Shown here: piece by piece, positions 63,246 to 64,000 of the stretch | Numbering within the stretch: position 1 is the stretch's first letter | How the letters are laid out: every line of letters begins with the position of its first letter | Source of the DNA: a virus | Lineage: Duplodnaviria; Caudoviricetes | Direction: 5' to 3' (one strand) | IMG/VR virus record: IMGVR_UViG_3300021167_000382 | Coordinates: 146,130 to 210,129 of that record | DNA length: 64,000 bases | The notes under the pieces: generated by a model | What the model saw: the letters and a program-made list of their open reading frames with translations, nothing else | Told to the model about the DNA's origin: nothing | Database searches by the model: none | Position numbers and translations under genes: made by a program

Positions 63246-64000
63246 ATGCGTCGCATGACACGACTTGCTACACGTAGTAAACGAGGACCTGTGTTGGGTG
63301 CCCTCAGCACACTTCTCATTGGCTATCGGCTGAATGGCGGTGGTTGGGTTAAAATCACCGATTTCGGTGCTACTGTTGAAACTGGCGTTGGTTCTGGTTA
63401 TAATACCTATGATTCCATTTTTGTGAATGGTAAAATCACTACAATAGGCTACAATGGCAGCAACACTGACATCTGGAACAGTGAAGATGGTGTTCTGTAT
63501 ACTCGTGCTCAGAATGCAATCTATGTTGGTGGTAGTACACAGCCTTATGGGGGTTCAAATGAACTTAAATCTGTTGCTTATGGTAATGGAGTCTATGTTG
63601 CGTTAGCAAAATCGAATTACATACTTTACAGCTATGACGCTGTAGTTTGGCGACAGATCGCTAACCCACTGGCCGCAGGTGTTTCGACTCGAATTATGTC
63701 AGTTTGTTTTGGCAATGGTCGGTTTGTGGCAGTTGGTCAGGATGATAAAGTCATCACCAGCACAGACGGTATTAACTGGACAGCAGTTGCTATAGGTTAT
63801 CCGCTCGGTCATATCAGTTACTATGGTGGTAAGTGGCACGGTAGCGGTGGTAACCGTGACGCGGTTTCATATTTTCGATGGAAAAGCAATAACGGCATTA
63901 ACTGGTCCGATGACGGATTACTCCAAAATCCTTTCTATAACACGAATGTGGTTTACTCGAAAGGACAATATGTTCGTGTTGGTAGTAACGGCATGGTTCA
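63246..64000 (+). CDS. Asp-box beta-propeller paralogue (runs off the window)
   Basis: MRRMTRLATRSKR...GGGWVK...YDSIFVNGKITTIGYNG..TDIWNSEDG; clearly similar to 61933..62850; absent from the track because it has no stop in the window. Confidence 0.75.
   Translation, partial: MRRMTRLATRSKRGPVLGALSTLLIGYRLNGGGWVKITDFGATVETGVGSGYNTYDSIFVNGKITTIGYNGSNTDIWNSEDGVLYTRAQNAIYVGGSTQPYGGSNELKSVAYGNGVYVALAKSNYILYSYDAVVWRQIANPLAAGVSTRIMSVCFGNGRFVAVGQDDKVITSTDGINWTAVAIGYPLGHISYYGGKWHGSGGNRDAVSYFRWKSNNGINWSDDGLLQNPFYNTNVVYSKGQYVRVGSNGMV

Overview
A 64-kb segment of a phiKZ-like (Chimalliviridae-type) jumbo phage genome, coded almost entirely on the minus strand. About 6-27 kb holds the conserved non-virion RNA polymerase block: SF2 helicase, beta'-C, beta-C, positional homologues of gp70, PicA/Imp1, the gp68 specificity subunit and ChmC, SbcD, and beta'-N. 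The beta'-N gene is split by three ORF-less group I introns. These isolate a 12-nt micro-exon (DYDG) of the catalytic NADYDGD motif, and one intron appears to end in A rather than the canonical G. The rest carries nucleotide-metabolism and repair genes (NAD ligase, dTMP kinase, ThyA plus a dead ThyA paralogue, dCTP deaminase, DenV, two Nudix, DHH), many hypotheticals, a free-standing HNH endonuclease and a decaying beta-propeller paralogue cluster. The main find is a hidden array at ~46100-47555 of about 41 highly degenerate ~35-nt units, each with two short motifs and two unique spacers. It lies between a phage promoter motif and a nuclease-less Nop/IS110-fold gene, matching a TIGR-Tas-like RNA-guided system. 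A canonical box C/D K-turn RNA also starts directly at a phage promoter motif at ~5.1-5.2 kb. All homology calls come from motif recognition and gene order, not database searches.
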